This document shows, in pieces, positions 27,634 to 36,082 of a DNA stretch of 64,000 bases; positions within the stretch are counted from its first letter, which is position 1; every line of letters starts with the position of its first letter. The notes under the pieces were generated by a model that saw only the letters and a list, made by a program, of their open reading frames with translations, was not told the DNA's origin and did no database searches. Position numbers and translations under genes: made by a program. The DNA lies in the NCBI GenBank assembly GCA_001769215.1, contig MEOL01000044.1:4219-68218 (forward strand). Reading direction: 5' to 3'. Source of the stretch: Bacteroidetes bacterium GWF2_41_31 (GTDB lineage: Bacteria > Bacteroidota > Bacteroidia > Bacteroidales > F082).

Positions 27634-29022
27634 TTAGTTCTTTTTTAACGATGCCCTTCTGGCGAACATGGCACCTCCCAGTGCTCCCATGAAAATCGAA
27701 TCGGCATGAATATTTATTTTAATATCTTTTCCGTAATTGTCATTCACCATTTGACTTACATATTTTATTACGGCTTGGTTTCGGGCCACACCGCCAGTAA
27801 AAGTGAATTCATTCTTAACTCCTCCTGAACGCGCTATCAGCGACATGGCCCTCATCACGATTGATTTATGAAGGCCCGCGAGGATATTGGATCGTTCTTC
27901 ACCTACATTGAGTAATTCTCTTACTTCTGCTCCTGCGAAAACCGTGCAGGTAGAACAAATGGTTACTTCTTTAGTGGCTTCCAATGCTTCAGGTCCCAAT
28001 TCGTTTAGCGATATGCTGAATTCATCGGCTATGTATCCTAAATATCTGCCACAGCCCGCCGCGCACCGGTCGTTCATGTTAAAACTGGTAACCAGTCCGT
28101 AGCTGTCAACCTGAATGGCTTTGGTGTCTTGTCCGCCGATATCCAATACAGTGCGGGTAAATGGAAAAATGGCATGTGCACCAAACGCGTGGCATAAAAT
28201 TTCTGATTTGATCGAGTCTGCCGGAAAAGGAAGCAGGGCACGGCCATAACCTGTTCCCACCATATTGGCTATATTAAACTCGAAATCGGCAATAAAATCG
28301 ATGTGTTTTTTTAAAGAGTCAGACACATTTTCGTAATTTCCTGTCAGGATATTCAGTTCTGCATCAAAATGCCCACTTATTTCTCCTGTGTGTTTGTTTG
28401 ATCGGTCCTTATATTTTTCCTTCAATAACTCCACCGAATTGGTCAGGAGGTCTTTAAAATTGAAGTCGACCATTTCGTTTTCAACCGGGGTGATACTTTT
28501 ATCATAAACAAGCATCATGGGCTCGAAAAGTTCTTTATCAAGTTTTGCAATCTCTTCATTGTACTTTTCACTAATGATATCCCTGAAAAACTGATTGGAA
28601 TTGGCCAGATTACCATCAACAAATTCCAACTTTAACATCGGGTTTATTTTAGTGAAGATATTTTCAATATGTTGAATTATCTTGTCTTTCAGTCCATCAT
28701 TAAACGATTGGTTTGCAGTTTCCAATAACGCTGCATGAAATATGTCGCTCCTTCTTTTAAATTGCAGGTACTGGAATAGGGATTCAATATCATCGATGTA
28801 TTTTTTAAATTCAGGATGTTGTTTTATTTCATCTTCCAATTGTTTTTTCAACAAATAAAACCTTGCATTAAATATGGCTTCCAGTTTAGCAATTTCGACA
28901 GCGACCCGGTAATTGGCCCTTGTGTTGGTAATCCCCCTGCCAACGATTTCGTCTTTTTCGTTAATAATAATGGCTTTTGAGGTAGTTGAACCTAAATCGA
29001 CGCCTAAATAGAATCTTTTCAC
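27634..29022 (-). CDS. bcrA: benzoyl-CoA reductase ATPase subunit alpha (BcrA/BadF-like)
   Basis: GVDLGSTTSKAIII and CAAGCGRYLGY. A long insertion between the ASKHA halves gives 462 aa, as in the Thauera-type alpha subunit. Confidence 0.75.
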   Translation of the reverse strand: MKRFYLGVDLGSTTSKAIIINEKDEIVGRGITNTRANYRVAVEIAKLEAIFNARFYLLKKQLEDEIKQHPEFKKYIDDIESLFQYLQFKRRSDIFHAALLETANQSFNDGLKDKIIQHIENIFTKINPMLKLEFVDGNLANSNQFFRDIISEKYNEEIAKLDKELFEPMMLVYDKSITPVENEMVDFNFKDLLTNSVELLKEKYKDRSNKHTGEISGHFDAELNILTGNYENVSDSLKKHIDFIADFEFNIANMVGTGYGRALLPFPADSIKSEILCHAFGAHAIFPFTRTVLDIGGQDTKAIQVDSYGLVTSFNMNDRCAAGCGRYLGYIADEFSISLNELGPEALEATKEVTICSTCTVFAGAEVRELLNVGEERSNILAGLHKSIVMRAMSLIARSGGVKNEFTFTGGVARNQAVIKYVSQMVNDNYGKDIKINIHADSIFMGALGGAMFARRASLKKN

Positions 29023-29068
29023 TGGATTTTTTTTAATGATTACAACTGGATTTCAATAATGATAAAGC

Positions 29069-30346
29069 TTAAACATTAATTAGTTTTCTCTGTTCGAGCA
29101 TTTGGAAAAATGATTCGAGCCGGTTTTTAATATTGGAATACGAGAAATATCGCGGGTCAACCAGGTCTGATTCGATAAACCCGACCGGTATTCCCATTCT
29201 GTCTTCTAAAGTCCTCATAATTAATAATTGTCCGGCAGAGAACGAATTGCAGCTTTTAATAGAATTAACTAAAAAGCCATCCGCCTTATAGTCTTTAATT
29301 TCCTTTGCAAGCATTTCCACTCTTTGTGGAAGGTTCATGTTGGTGTAGCATCCCATACAGTATTCGGATAGACTTTCGAGCAACCTGTCGGGATCGTGTC
29401 TGAATCCATTTTTATATACTCCGCCAACCCGCGTATAGGATGATGCAACAATGACCGCCCCCATATCATAAAAAAGTTTCCAAAATTCCCTAAAACTGGT
29501 CCAGTTGGGCGGGCCTTCCACAACAAGCCGGTATCTTTCCTCTTCCATTTCGCCTTCAGGGGTTACCGGTCCCAAACCCAGACGGACGCGTTCCAGAATC
29601 TCGCTGTATAGTTCTTTGTAATATTCGGTGGCCTCGGGGGTTCCTCTGAAACCAATATTAATGGGTCCTATATAATAAACGCCTGCAAAATAGGCATCAA
29701 TAGGGGAGGGAACATTCTTGGTGGTATCGAAAATTTTAACGATTAAATCTTCTATGTCAGCTGAATGCTGAAGAATGGTCTTCAGCTTTTCGGGGTCGAA
29801 CTTTTGCCCCGAAACCTGCTCCATTTTCGGGATCACATCATTTTTAAGTTGCTTAACCATGTATTCGGTCATTTCGGCGGTTATTTCACCATTCTCCTGA
29901 TAAGGAGTGTGGATTAAAGCCACAGGAACGCCGGGATACAGTTTCTCCAGGTTTTCAAACCATTTCAAGAAGGTAAAACAACCTGTATAACTTAATAGCA
30001 ACAAATCGGGATCGGGAACTTTTTCGCCGGTAGGTCCAATATTTCCTTTCAGCATCATACCAATATCGCACTTTACATAAGTACAAACATCTTCTGAGTG
30101 TCCCCATTTTTCGGCCTCCCGGATGTAAGCATCCGATTTTTTTCTCATGCCCGATTGCAAGGCATTAATTTCGGGATAAACAGGAAGCATATCGAACGAA
30201 CGGATGAGCTCTGATAAATTTCCCGGAACAAAGGTGTACACCACTTTTTTCCCGGTTTGTTTCACGTTGCCAAGTTCTTTAAACAAATTTCCGATCATCT
30301 CCTTTTGGAGAATCATACTTCTTTCCTTTTTTACGTTTTCCGGCAT
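29069..30346 (-). CDS. bcrB: benzoyl-CoA reductase subunit beta (BcrB/BadE-like)
   Basis: BCR/HAD-family D-component fold. 425 aa, positioned between bcrC and bcrA. Confidence 0.72.
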   Translation of the reverse strand: MPENVKKERSMILQKEMIGNLFKELGNVKQTGKKVVYTFVPGNLSELIRSFDMLPVYPEINALQSGMRKKSDAYIREAEKWGHSEDVCTYVKCDIGMMLKGNIGPTGEKVPDPDLLLLSYTGCFTFLKWFENLEKLYPGVPVALIHTPYQENGEITAEMTEYMVKQLKNDVIPKMEQVSGQKFDPEKLKTILQHSADIEDLIVKIFDTTKNVPSPIDAYFAGVYYIGPINIGFRGTPEATEYYKELYSEILERVRLGLGPVTPEGEMEEERYRLVVEGPPNWTSFREFWKLFYDMGAVIVASSYTRVGGVYKNGFRHDPDRLLESLSEYCMGCYTNMNLPQRVEMLAKEIKDYKADGFLVNSIKSCNSFSAGQLLIMRTLEDRMGIPVGFIESDLVDPRYFSYSNIKNRLESFFQMLEQRKLINV

Positions 30347-30415
30347 ATTATTTTTCTTTCAAATTTCTTTTAAGAATTTCCTTTAACAATGAACGATCGC
30401 AAATAAACAGGTGTT

Positions 30416-31624
30416 CTAGGCCCAAAGTTTTATTGAGTCTGAAAAGGCGCCCACTTGTTCTTTTATAACTTTAAATTGCCCTATGTTTTCATGGTATTGA
30501 AAATTGATGTACCTGATTCCTGCTTTGTCGCACTCCTTGTTATAGGTAGGATTGTCGAGCAAGGCGGGATCGCAAAAACTTGGGGCGGCAAAAATAACGC
30601 CATCGGCCTCTCTTCTTTTAATCAGGTTGATGAGTCTTTTGCTTTTTGGGTTTCCAATGTCATACACGGAGGAAGAAAAGGTGCTAAAATTTAAATAAGC
30701 TTCAGAAAGGGCCTTTAACGGATTGTCGGTGGTGTTGTCCACATCACCTTGAATCCAACGCGATCCAAGCATAAAGTCATCATCCACGATATAGCAGCCG
30801 GCCAGTTCAATGGTTTTTATCAGCGAAACAGGGGGTTGTTCACAAAAAGCGCCTGTAATAACCACTTTGATCTTATCCAGTGGTTCGCCGATGTCCTGCC
30901 TTATTTCATACAGAACTTCTTCCAGAATCCGGTTGTGTTCTTCAACAGGAATCACCATGCCGGCCCTGACAATATGATAAGTTTCAACGGCTGTTAATCT
31001 CCAGGGGAAAGCTTGTTTAATGTCATATATTTCCTCAATCAACTGCCTGTTTTTATTGTACAAGCCAATTGAATGATTTAACCTTTCGGTTGTTAGTTCA
31101 ACTTCGTTAATTTCTTTTATTTTAGAAAGCACGGAGTTCATTTCCTGTATATAAAATTCACCGCCGATATCGGAATTAAAGTCTTGTGGGAAGTCGATGT
31201 ATTTTGCGAATTTCCCGATGTTGGACATTTGAAACATACCTGAGAGGTTCCTGATTACGTCGCAAATTGCCGGAAAAACAAAGCCATCGAAATTGGTAAA
31301 ATGCCCGGAAAGGGCCATCTCGATAATTCCTCTGGGAATATGACATATATACGATTGATAATAAGCATCTCCAATAACAATTTGCTTTCGATCGCCCCCG
31401 CCCATGATTCCAACCGGAAGGCCATCAACCGCGTGAATTATTTCTCTCGGGAAATAAATCGGCATATAGCCAACCAAAACCCTGTTTTCCTTCTCAGCTT
31501 TCCATTTTTTTGCTGCATTAAAATTCAAATCAAATGCAAGATGCTCGCATTTATCCGTAAGTTCTTTTAATTTTGACATCTTAAAACCAGGTTGTGAATT
31601 CCTAACATTGTTATTCATTAACAT
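30416..31624 (-). CDS. bcrC: benzoyl-CoA reductase subunit gamma (BcrC/BadD-like)
   Basis: BCR/HAD-family fold. 402 aa, or 387 aa from MSKLKEL at 31579. It is the first gene of the set. Confidence 0.72.
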   Translation of the reverse strand: MLMNNNVRNSQPGFKMSKLKELTDKCEHLAFDLNFNAAKKWKAEKENRVLVGYMPIYFPREIIHAVDGLPVGIMGGGDRKQIVIGDAYYQSYICHIPRGIIEMALSGHFTNFDGFVFPAICDVIRNLSGMFQMSNIGKFAKYIDFPQDFNSDIGGEFYIQEMNSVLSKIKEINEVELTTERLNHSIGLYNKNRQLIEEIYDIKQAFPWRLTAVETYHIVRAGMVIPVEEHNRILEEVLYEIRQDIGEPLDKIKVVITGAFCEQPPVSLIKTIELAGCYIVDDDFMLGSRWIQGDVDNTTDNPLKALSEAYLNFSTFSSSVYDIGNPKSKRLINLIKRREADGVIFAAPSFCDPALLDNPTYNKECDKAGIRYINFQYHENIGQFKVIKEQVGAFSDSIKLWA

Positions 31625-31753
31625 TGTGAAATATTAACATTAAAAAATTGAGGCTAATGTAAAGCTTTATTTTATGTTTAACCTAAGAGATACTTAAATT
31701 ATTATATGACATATTATAACTTTTGAGGACTTAACACTTAATTAGAAAGTAAG

Positions 31754-32503
31754 ATGATGATAGGTAAAAAAATTTCAATTGTTACCGGTGCCGCCAATGG
31801 GATCGGGAAAAGTATTGCAAAAAAACTGATTGAAGACCATTTTTTTGTCGTGGTTGTTGATTTGGATCATACCAATCCGGATTCGATGACGGATTATTTT
31901 GGAAAAGAAAATTTTGAATTTGTGAAATGCGATATTAAAAATCAGAAGGACATCCAATCAATGTTTAAGGAATTAATGAATAAGTACGGACAAGTTGATG
32001 TGCTGGTCAATAATGCCGGAGTTATCAGGGACAATATGATTTGGAAAATGCCAAAGGAAGATTTTGATTTTGTGATCGATGTAAATTTAAAAGGAACCTG
32101 GATGATGTGCCGGGAAGCGGCCATCATCATGAAAGAGCAAAAATCGGGCAAAATAGTCAACATTTCGTCGCGTGCCTGGTTAGGTAACAACATGGGGCAG
32201 TCGAACTATACGGCATCAAAAGCCGGGATAGTTGGACTTACCAGGGTACTGGCACTTGAACTGGGTTATTACAACGTAAATGTAAATGCGGTAGCTCCCG
32301 GACTTATTGACACACCTTTAACGCAGGCCCTTTCGGAAGAAGTCATGCAAAAACTCATCAGTGCCCAACCCACGAAAAAAATGGGCAAACCAGATGACAT
32401 CGCCAACGCGGTTTCATTCTTAGTATCTGAGAAAAGTAATTTTATAACCGGACAAATCATTCATGTGGATGGGGGCAGGAGTATAGGGAGTACTATATTT
32501 TAG
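31754..32503 (+). CDS. SDR-family oxidoreductase (FabG-like 3-oxoacyl/3-hydroxyacyl reductase)
   Basis: TGAANGIGKS cofactor motif, NNAG, and catalytic YTASKAG. Confidence 0.85.
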   Translation: MMIGKKISIVTGAANGIGKSIAKKLIEDHFFVVVVDLDHTNPDSMTDYFGKENFEFVKCDIKNQKDIQSMFKELMNKYGQVDVLVNNAGVIRDNMIWKMPKEDFDFVIDVNLKGTWMMCREAAIIMKEQKSGKIVNISSRAWLGNNMGQSNYTASKAGIVGLTRVLALELGYYNVNVNAVAPGLIDTPLTQALSEEVMQKLISAQPTKKMGKPDDIANAVSFLVSEKSNFITGQIIHVDGGRSIGSTIF

Positions 32504-32592
32504 TGAGTTGGTTAAATGTTTGGAAATCGGCAATGGAGTAATTGAGATAATGAAATGAGTTAATTCCATTAAATCCTGATCCATTTCCCCAC

Positions 32593-33795
32593 TTATACTT
32601 TTTCAAAAATCACAGCAGCACCCTGACCTACACCGATGCAAAGTGTGGCCAGGCCATAGCGAACGTCATCACGGCGGCACATTTCATGAACCAGGGTAGT
32701 AATTATCCTGGCGCCTGAGCAACCCAATGGATGTCCCAGGGCTATGGCTCCACCGTTTACGTTGATGAGTCTCTCGTCCAGGCCCAATTCCCTGATGCAC
32801 GCTATGGATTGCGCCGAAAAAGCCTCGTTAAGTTCTGTTAAATCTATTTGGCTTATGTCAAGCCCTGCTCTTTTCAACGCTTTGCGAGTTGCCGGAACAG
32901 GACCAATTCCCATATAAGCAGGATCAACACCTGCCACGGCAGAAGATAAAATTTTAACTTTTGGTTTTAGGCCGTATTGCTTTACAATATCTTCGGATAC
33001 GATGATTAAGGCGGCGGCGCCGTCATTAATGCCGGATGAGTTGCCAGCGGTAACCGTTCCATCAGCAGAAAAAGCGGGTTTAAGTTTTGAAAGTTGTTCC
33101 GGCGTTACGTCCGGCCTGGGATGTTCATCAAGTGTAACAATCAATGGATCTTTTTTACCTTGTGGAATTGAAACCGGAATAATTTCGTCATTAAATTTAC
33201 CCTGGTCAATCGCATTTTTATACTTTAATTGTGATGAGTAAGCAAACTCATCCTGTTCTTGCCGGCTAATTCCATATTTTTGGGCCACATTTTCTGCCGT
33301 CTCACCCATTGAATAGGGGAAGTACATTTCTGTCAGTTTTTTATTGGGGAACCGCCAACCTATGGTCGAATCAGCTATTTGTGGTTCACGACCAAAAGGA
33401 GTTTCACTTTTGGCGACAATCCATGGTGCCCTCGACATGCTTTCGGTACCTCCTGCGATAAAGATATCCCCTTCATCCAGTTTTATAGCCCTGGAGGCAT
33501 CTATCACGGCCTGCATTCCGGAAGCACATAGTCTGTTGATGGTAACTCCCGCAGTTTCTACAGGAAGTCCCGCCAGCAAAGCCGCCATTCGGGCAACATT
33601 TCGGTTGTCTTCACCAGCTTGGTTGGTACAACCCAGGATCACATCTTCGATTTCGTTTTTTGGAATTCTGGGATTTCTTGCCAACAATGATTTTATCACC
33701 AGAGCAGCCAGGTCGTCGGGCCGGATTTTGCTTAACACTCCTCCGTATTTCCCAATGGGTGTTCTAACGGCATCAATTATATAGGCAGTTTTCAT
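32593..33795 (-). CDS. acetyl-CoA C-acyltransferase (thiolase II-like)
   Basis: NRLCASGMQA, NVNGGAIALGHPLG and CIGVGQG thiolase signatures. Confidence 0.9.
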   Translation of the reverse strand: MKTAYIIDAVRTPIGKYGGVLSKIRPDDLAALVIKSLLARNPRIPKNEIEDVILGCTNQAGEDNRNVARMAALLAGLPVETAGVTINRLCASGMQAVIDASRAIKLDEGDIFIAGGTESMSRAPWIVAKSETPFGREPQIADSTIGWRFPNKKLTEMYFPYSMGETAENVAQKYGISRQEQDEFAYSSQLKYKNAIDQGKFNDEIIPVSIPQGKKDPLIVTLDEHPRPDVTPEQLSKLKPAFSADGTVTAGNSSGINDGAAALIIVSEDIVKQYGLKPKVKILSSAVAGVDPAYMGIGPVPATRKALKRAGLDISQIDLTELNEAFSAQSIACIRELGLDERLINVNGGAIALGHPLGCSGARIITTLVHEMCRRDDVRYGLATLCIGVGQGAAVIFEKV

Positions 33796-33925
33796 GGTTG
33801 ACTCTTTATTTTAAACTTTTTTTACCATTGAAGGTGATGTTAAGTCAGAGGTCGGGAGTCAGAAGACCGAAGTCTGTGAATCGGAGAATTAATCTCCCAC
33901 TTCCCACTTCCGGCTTCCAGCTTCC

Positions 33926-35104
33926 CTACAAAAAGGCATTAATTCCGGTAATATCCATTCCGGTGATCAACAAATGAATATCATGTGTTCCTTCGTACGT
34001 AATTACAGATTCCAGGTTCATCATGTGACGCATCATGGGGAAATCACCTGTAATTCCCATCGCACCCAGAATTTGTCTGGAATCCCTGGCAATCTTCAGG
34101 GCAATCTCCACATTGTTTCTTTTGGTCATCGATATTTGGCCGGGTGTGGCCCTGTCCTCATTTCTCAACGTGCCCAAACGCCATGCAAGAAGCTGGGCCT
34201 TGGTAATTTCGGTAATCATCTCGGCTAATTTTTTCTGGGTAAGTTGAAAGCCGGCGATTGGTTTGTCGAATTGTTTTCTTTCGAGGGCATAACGCAATGC
34301 TGTATCGTAGCAATCGCAAGCCGCACCAATAACTCCCCAGGCAATGCCATACCTGGCTGAATTAAGGCACATTAACGGCCCTTTCAATCCATGTACATTC
34401 GGCAATATATTTTCTTTTGGAACCTTGACATTGTCAAAAACCAGTTCGCCGGTAATGGATGCCCTCAACGACCATTTGTTTAAAGTCTCAGGAGCTGAAA
34501 AGCCCGGCATCCCTTTTTCGACAATCAGACCCCGCACGACTTTGTGCTCATCTTTTGCCCAAACAACACAAACGTCTGCAATCGCGGCATTTGTAATCCA
34601 CATTTTAGCTCCGTTTAGCAGAAAATGATCTCCTTTATCTTCGAACCTGGTTTTCATGCTTCCAGGATCGGAGCCATGATCGGGTTCGGTTAAACCAAAG
34701 GCTCCGACCAATTCCCCTTTTGCCAGGGCAGGTAAGTACTTTACCCTTTGTTCCTCCGTTCCGAATTGATAAATCGGGTACATGACCAGCGACGATTGAA
34801 CCGATGCTGCCGAACGCAAGGCCGAATCACCTCTTTCGAGTTCCTGCATGATCAGACCATAAGAAATCTGGTCCAAACCTGCACCACCATATTTTTCTGG
34901 AATATAGGAGCCAAACGCGCCAATTTCGCCCAGTTCTTTCATCAGATGTCCCGGGAATTCATGCTTTTGACAAGCCTCGTCGATGATTGGTTTTACACGC
35001 CTGTTTACCCACTCTCTTACGGAGTTTCTAATCAGTTTATGTTCTTCGGTAAGGAGTTCATCCACACAAAAGTAGTCGGGATGGTGATATTGAGCAGTTG
35101 CCAT
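33926..35104 (-). CDS. gcdH: glutaryl-CoA dehydrogenase (acyl-CoA dehydrogenase family)
   Basis: N-terminal and middle regions (AFGLTEPDHGSDPGSMKT, YGIAWG) look like glutaryl-CoA dehydrogenases, and the context fits the benzoyl-CoA lower pathway. Confidence 0.8.
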   Translation of the reverse strand: MATAQYHHPDYFCVDELLTEEHKLIRNSVREWVNRRVKPIIDEACQKHEFPGHLMKELGEIGAFGSYIPEKYGGAGLDQISYGLIMQELERGDSALRSAASVQSSLVMYPIYQFGTEEQRVKYLPALAKGELVGAFGLTEPDHGSDPGSMKTRFEDKGDHFLLNGAKMWITNAAIADVCVVWAKDEHKVVRGLIVEKGMPGFSAPETLNKWSLRASITGELVFDNVKVPKENILPNVHGLKGPLMCLNSARYGIAWGVIGAACDCYDTALRYALERKQFDKPIAGFQLTQKKLAEMITEITKAQLLAWRLGTLRNEDRATPGQISMTKRNNVEIALKIARDSRQILGAMGITGDFPMMRHMMNLESVITYEGTHDIHLLITGMDITGINAFL

Positions 35105-35121
35105 ATTCCTGAGTTTATTAT

Positions 35122-36069
35122 TTAAAGAGAATTTAGTTCGGTTAAGGATTCAACTAAGTATGTTGTTAGCATTGTTTTTCTGTATTGGCGATCAAAAAAA
35201 TCGTTGTTAATAATTTTTGCTTTTCTATTAATTTCTTCATAAATGGCGTCGAAAGGGACCCCTTTTTTTGTGTTGACAACAACTGGATTTGGTGCAATCC
35301 CGGAAATGGCCATCTTAATGCGATGGTTAATATGAAGAGTTGAGGCTATCGTGAGCGAAGTAAATTCCAGGGTTTTTCTTTGTCTAAGCTTCTTGAAAGT
35401 GGATTTGATATGCTGGTTTAGAGGTAAAAGTATGAATTTTAAGATACTTTTCCTGTCAATCATTTTTGATTTTATTCCGTCCCCCGAATACAGGTCCTCC
35501 AAAGGAATTACGCTTTCAGAATCCTTATCCACCATCACCACTTTGGCATTTAAACTAATTAACGCGGGTGCCATATCTGACACAAATTTTGATAAACATG
35601 ATTTTTTTCCTCCGGTGGCAATACAAATGTCGCCTCCGCATTTCAGGCAATAACCGGCGGCTTCTCTCCATAGTGCGCTCTGGTTGTAGAAAATGCACCT
35701 GTTTTCACATAAGAGATTTCCTCCAATGGTTGCCTGATTTCTTATTAAAGGTGTGGCTACTGATTTTGCCGCCTCTATGATCACCTGAAAATATTCGTTG
35801 ATATATGGATTGGCGATTATTTCAGACAATTTTACTGCGGCACCTATTTTATACTCATCGCCATCCGGACTTGAAGTTGTTAGTTCAATTATATTGGTCA
35901 AATCGACCAGCCCATCAGATTCAAAGTTGCCCTGTTGCCGATTAACCATTATATCAGTGGCGCCTGAGATAAACGATAGGTTGCTTTTATTATTTATTAA
36001 TTCCAGCGCTTCCGAAATGGTTTCGGGGGTAAAATATGGTACTGAATCCGGTGGAGTTGTCATCTTCAT
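35122..36069 (-). CDS. hcrB: FAD-binding subunit of a xanthine-oxidase-family enzyme with a Cys-rich insertion; 4-hydroxybenzoyl-CoA reductase beta-like
   Basis: CoxM-type FAD domain (ISGATDIMV, ATIGGNL). A 35-40-aa insert follows with Cys at residues 121, 125, 141, 144, 149 and 158. Confidence 0.65.
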   Translation of the reverse strand: MKMTTPPDSVPYFTPETISEALELINNKSNLSFISGATDIMVNRQQGNFESDGLVDLTNIIELTTSSPDGDEYKIGAAVKLSEIIANPYINEYFQVIIEAAKSVATPLIRNQATIGGNLLCENRCIFYNQSALWREAAGYCLKCGGDICIATGGKKSCLSKFVSDMAPALISLNAKVVMVDKDSESVIPLEDLYSGDGIKSKMIDRKSILKFILLPLNQHIKSTFKKLRQRKTLEFTSLTIASTLHINHRIKMAISGIAPNPVVVNTKKGVPFDAIYEEINRKAKIINNDFFDRQYRKTMLTTYLVESLTELNSL

Positions 36070-36082
36070 GTTGTATAAAAAA

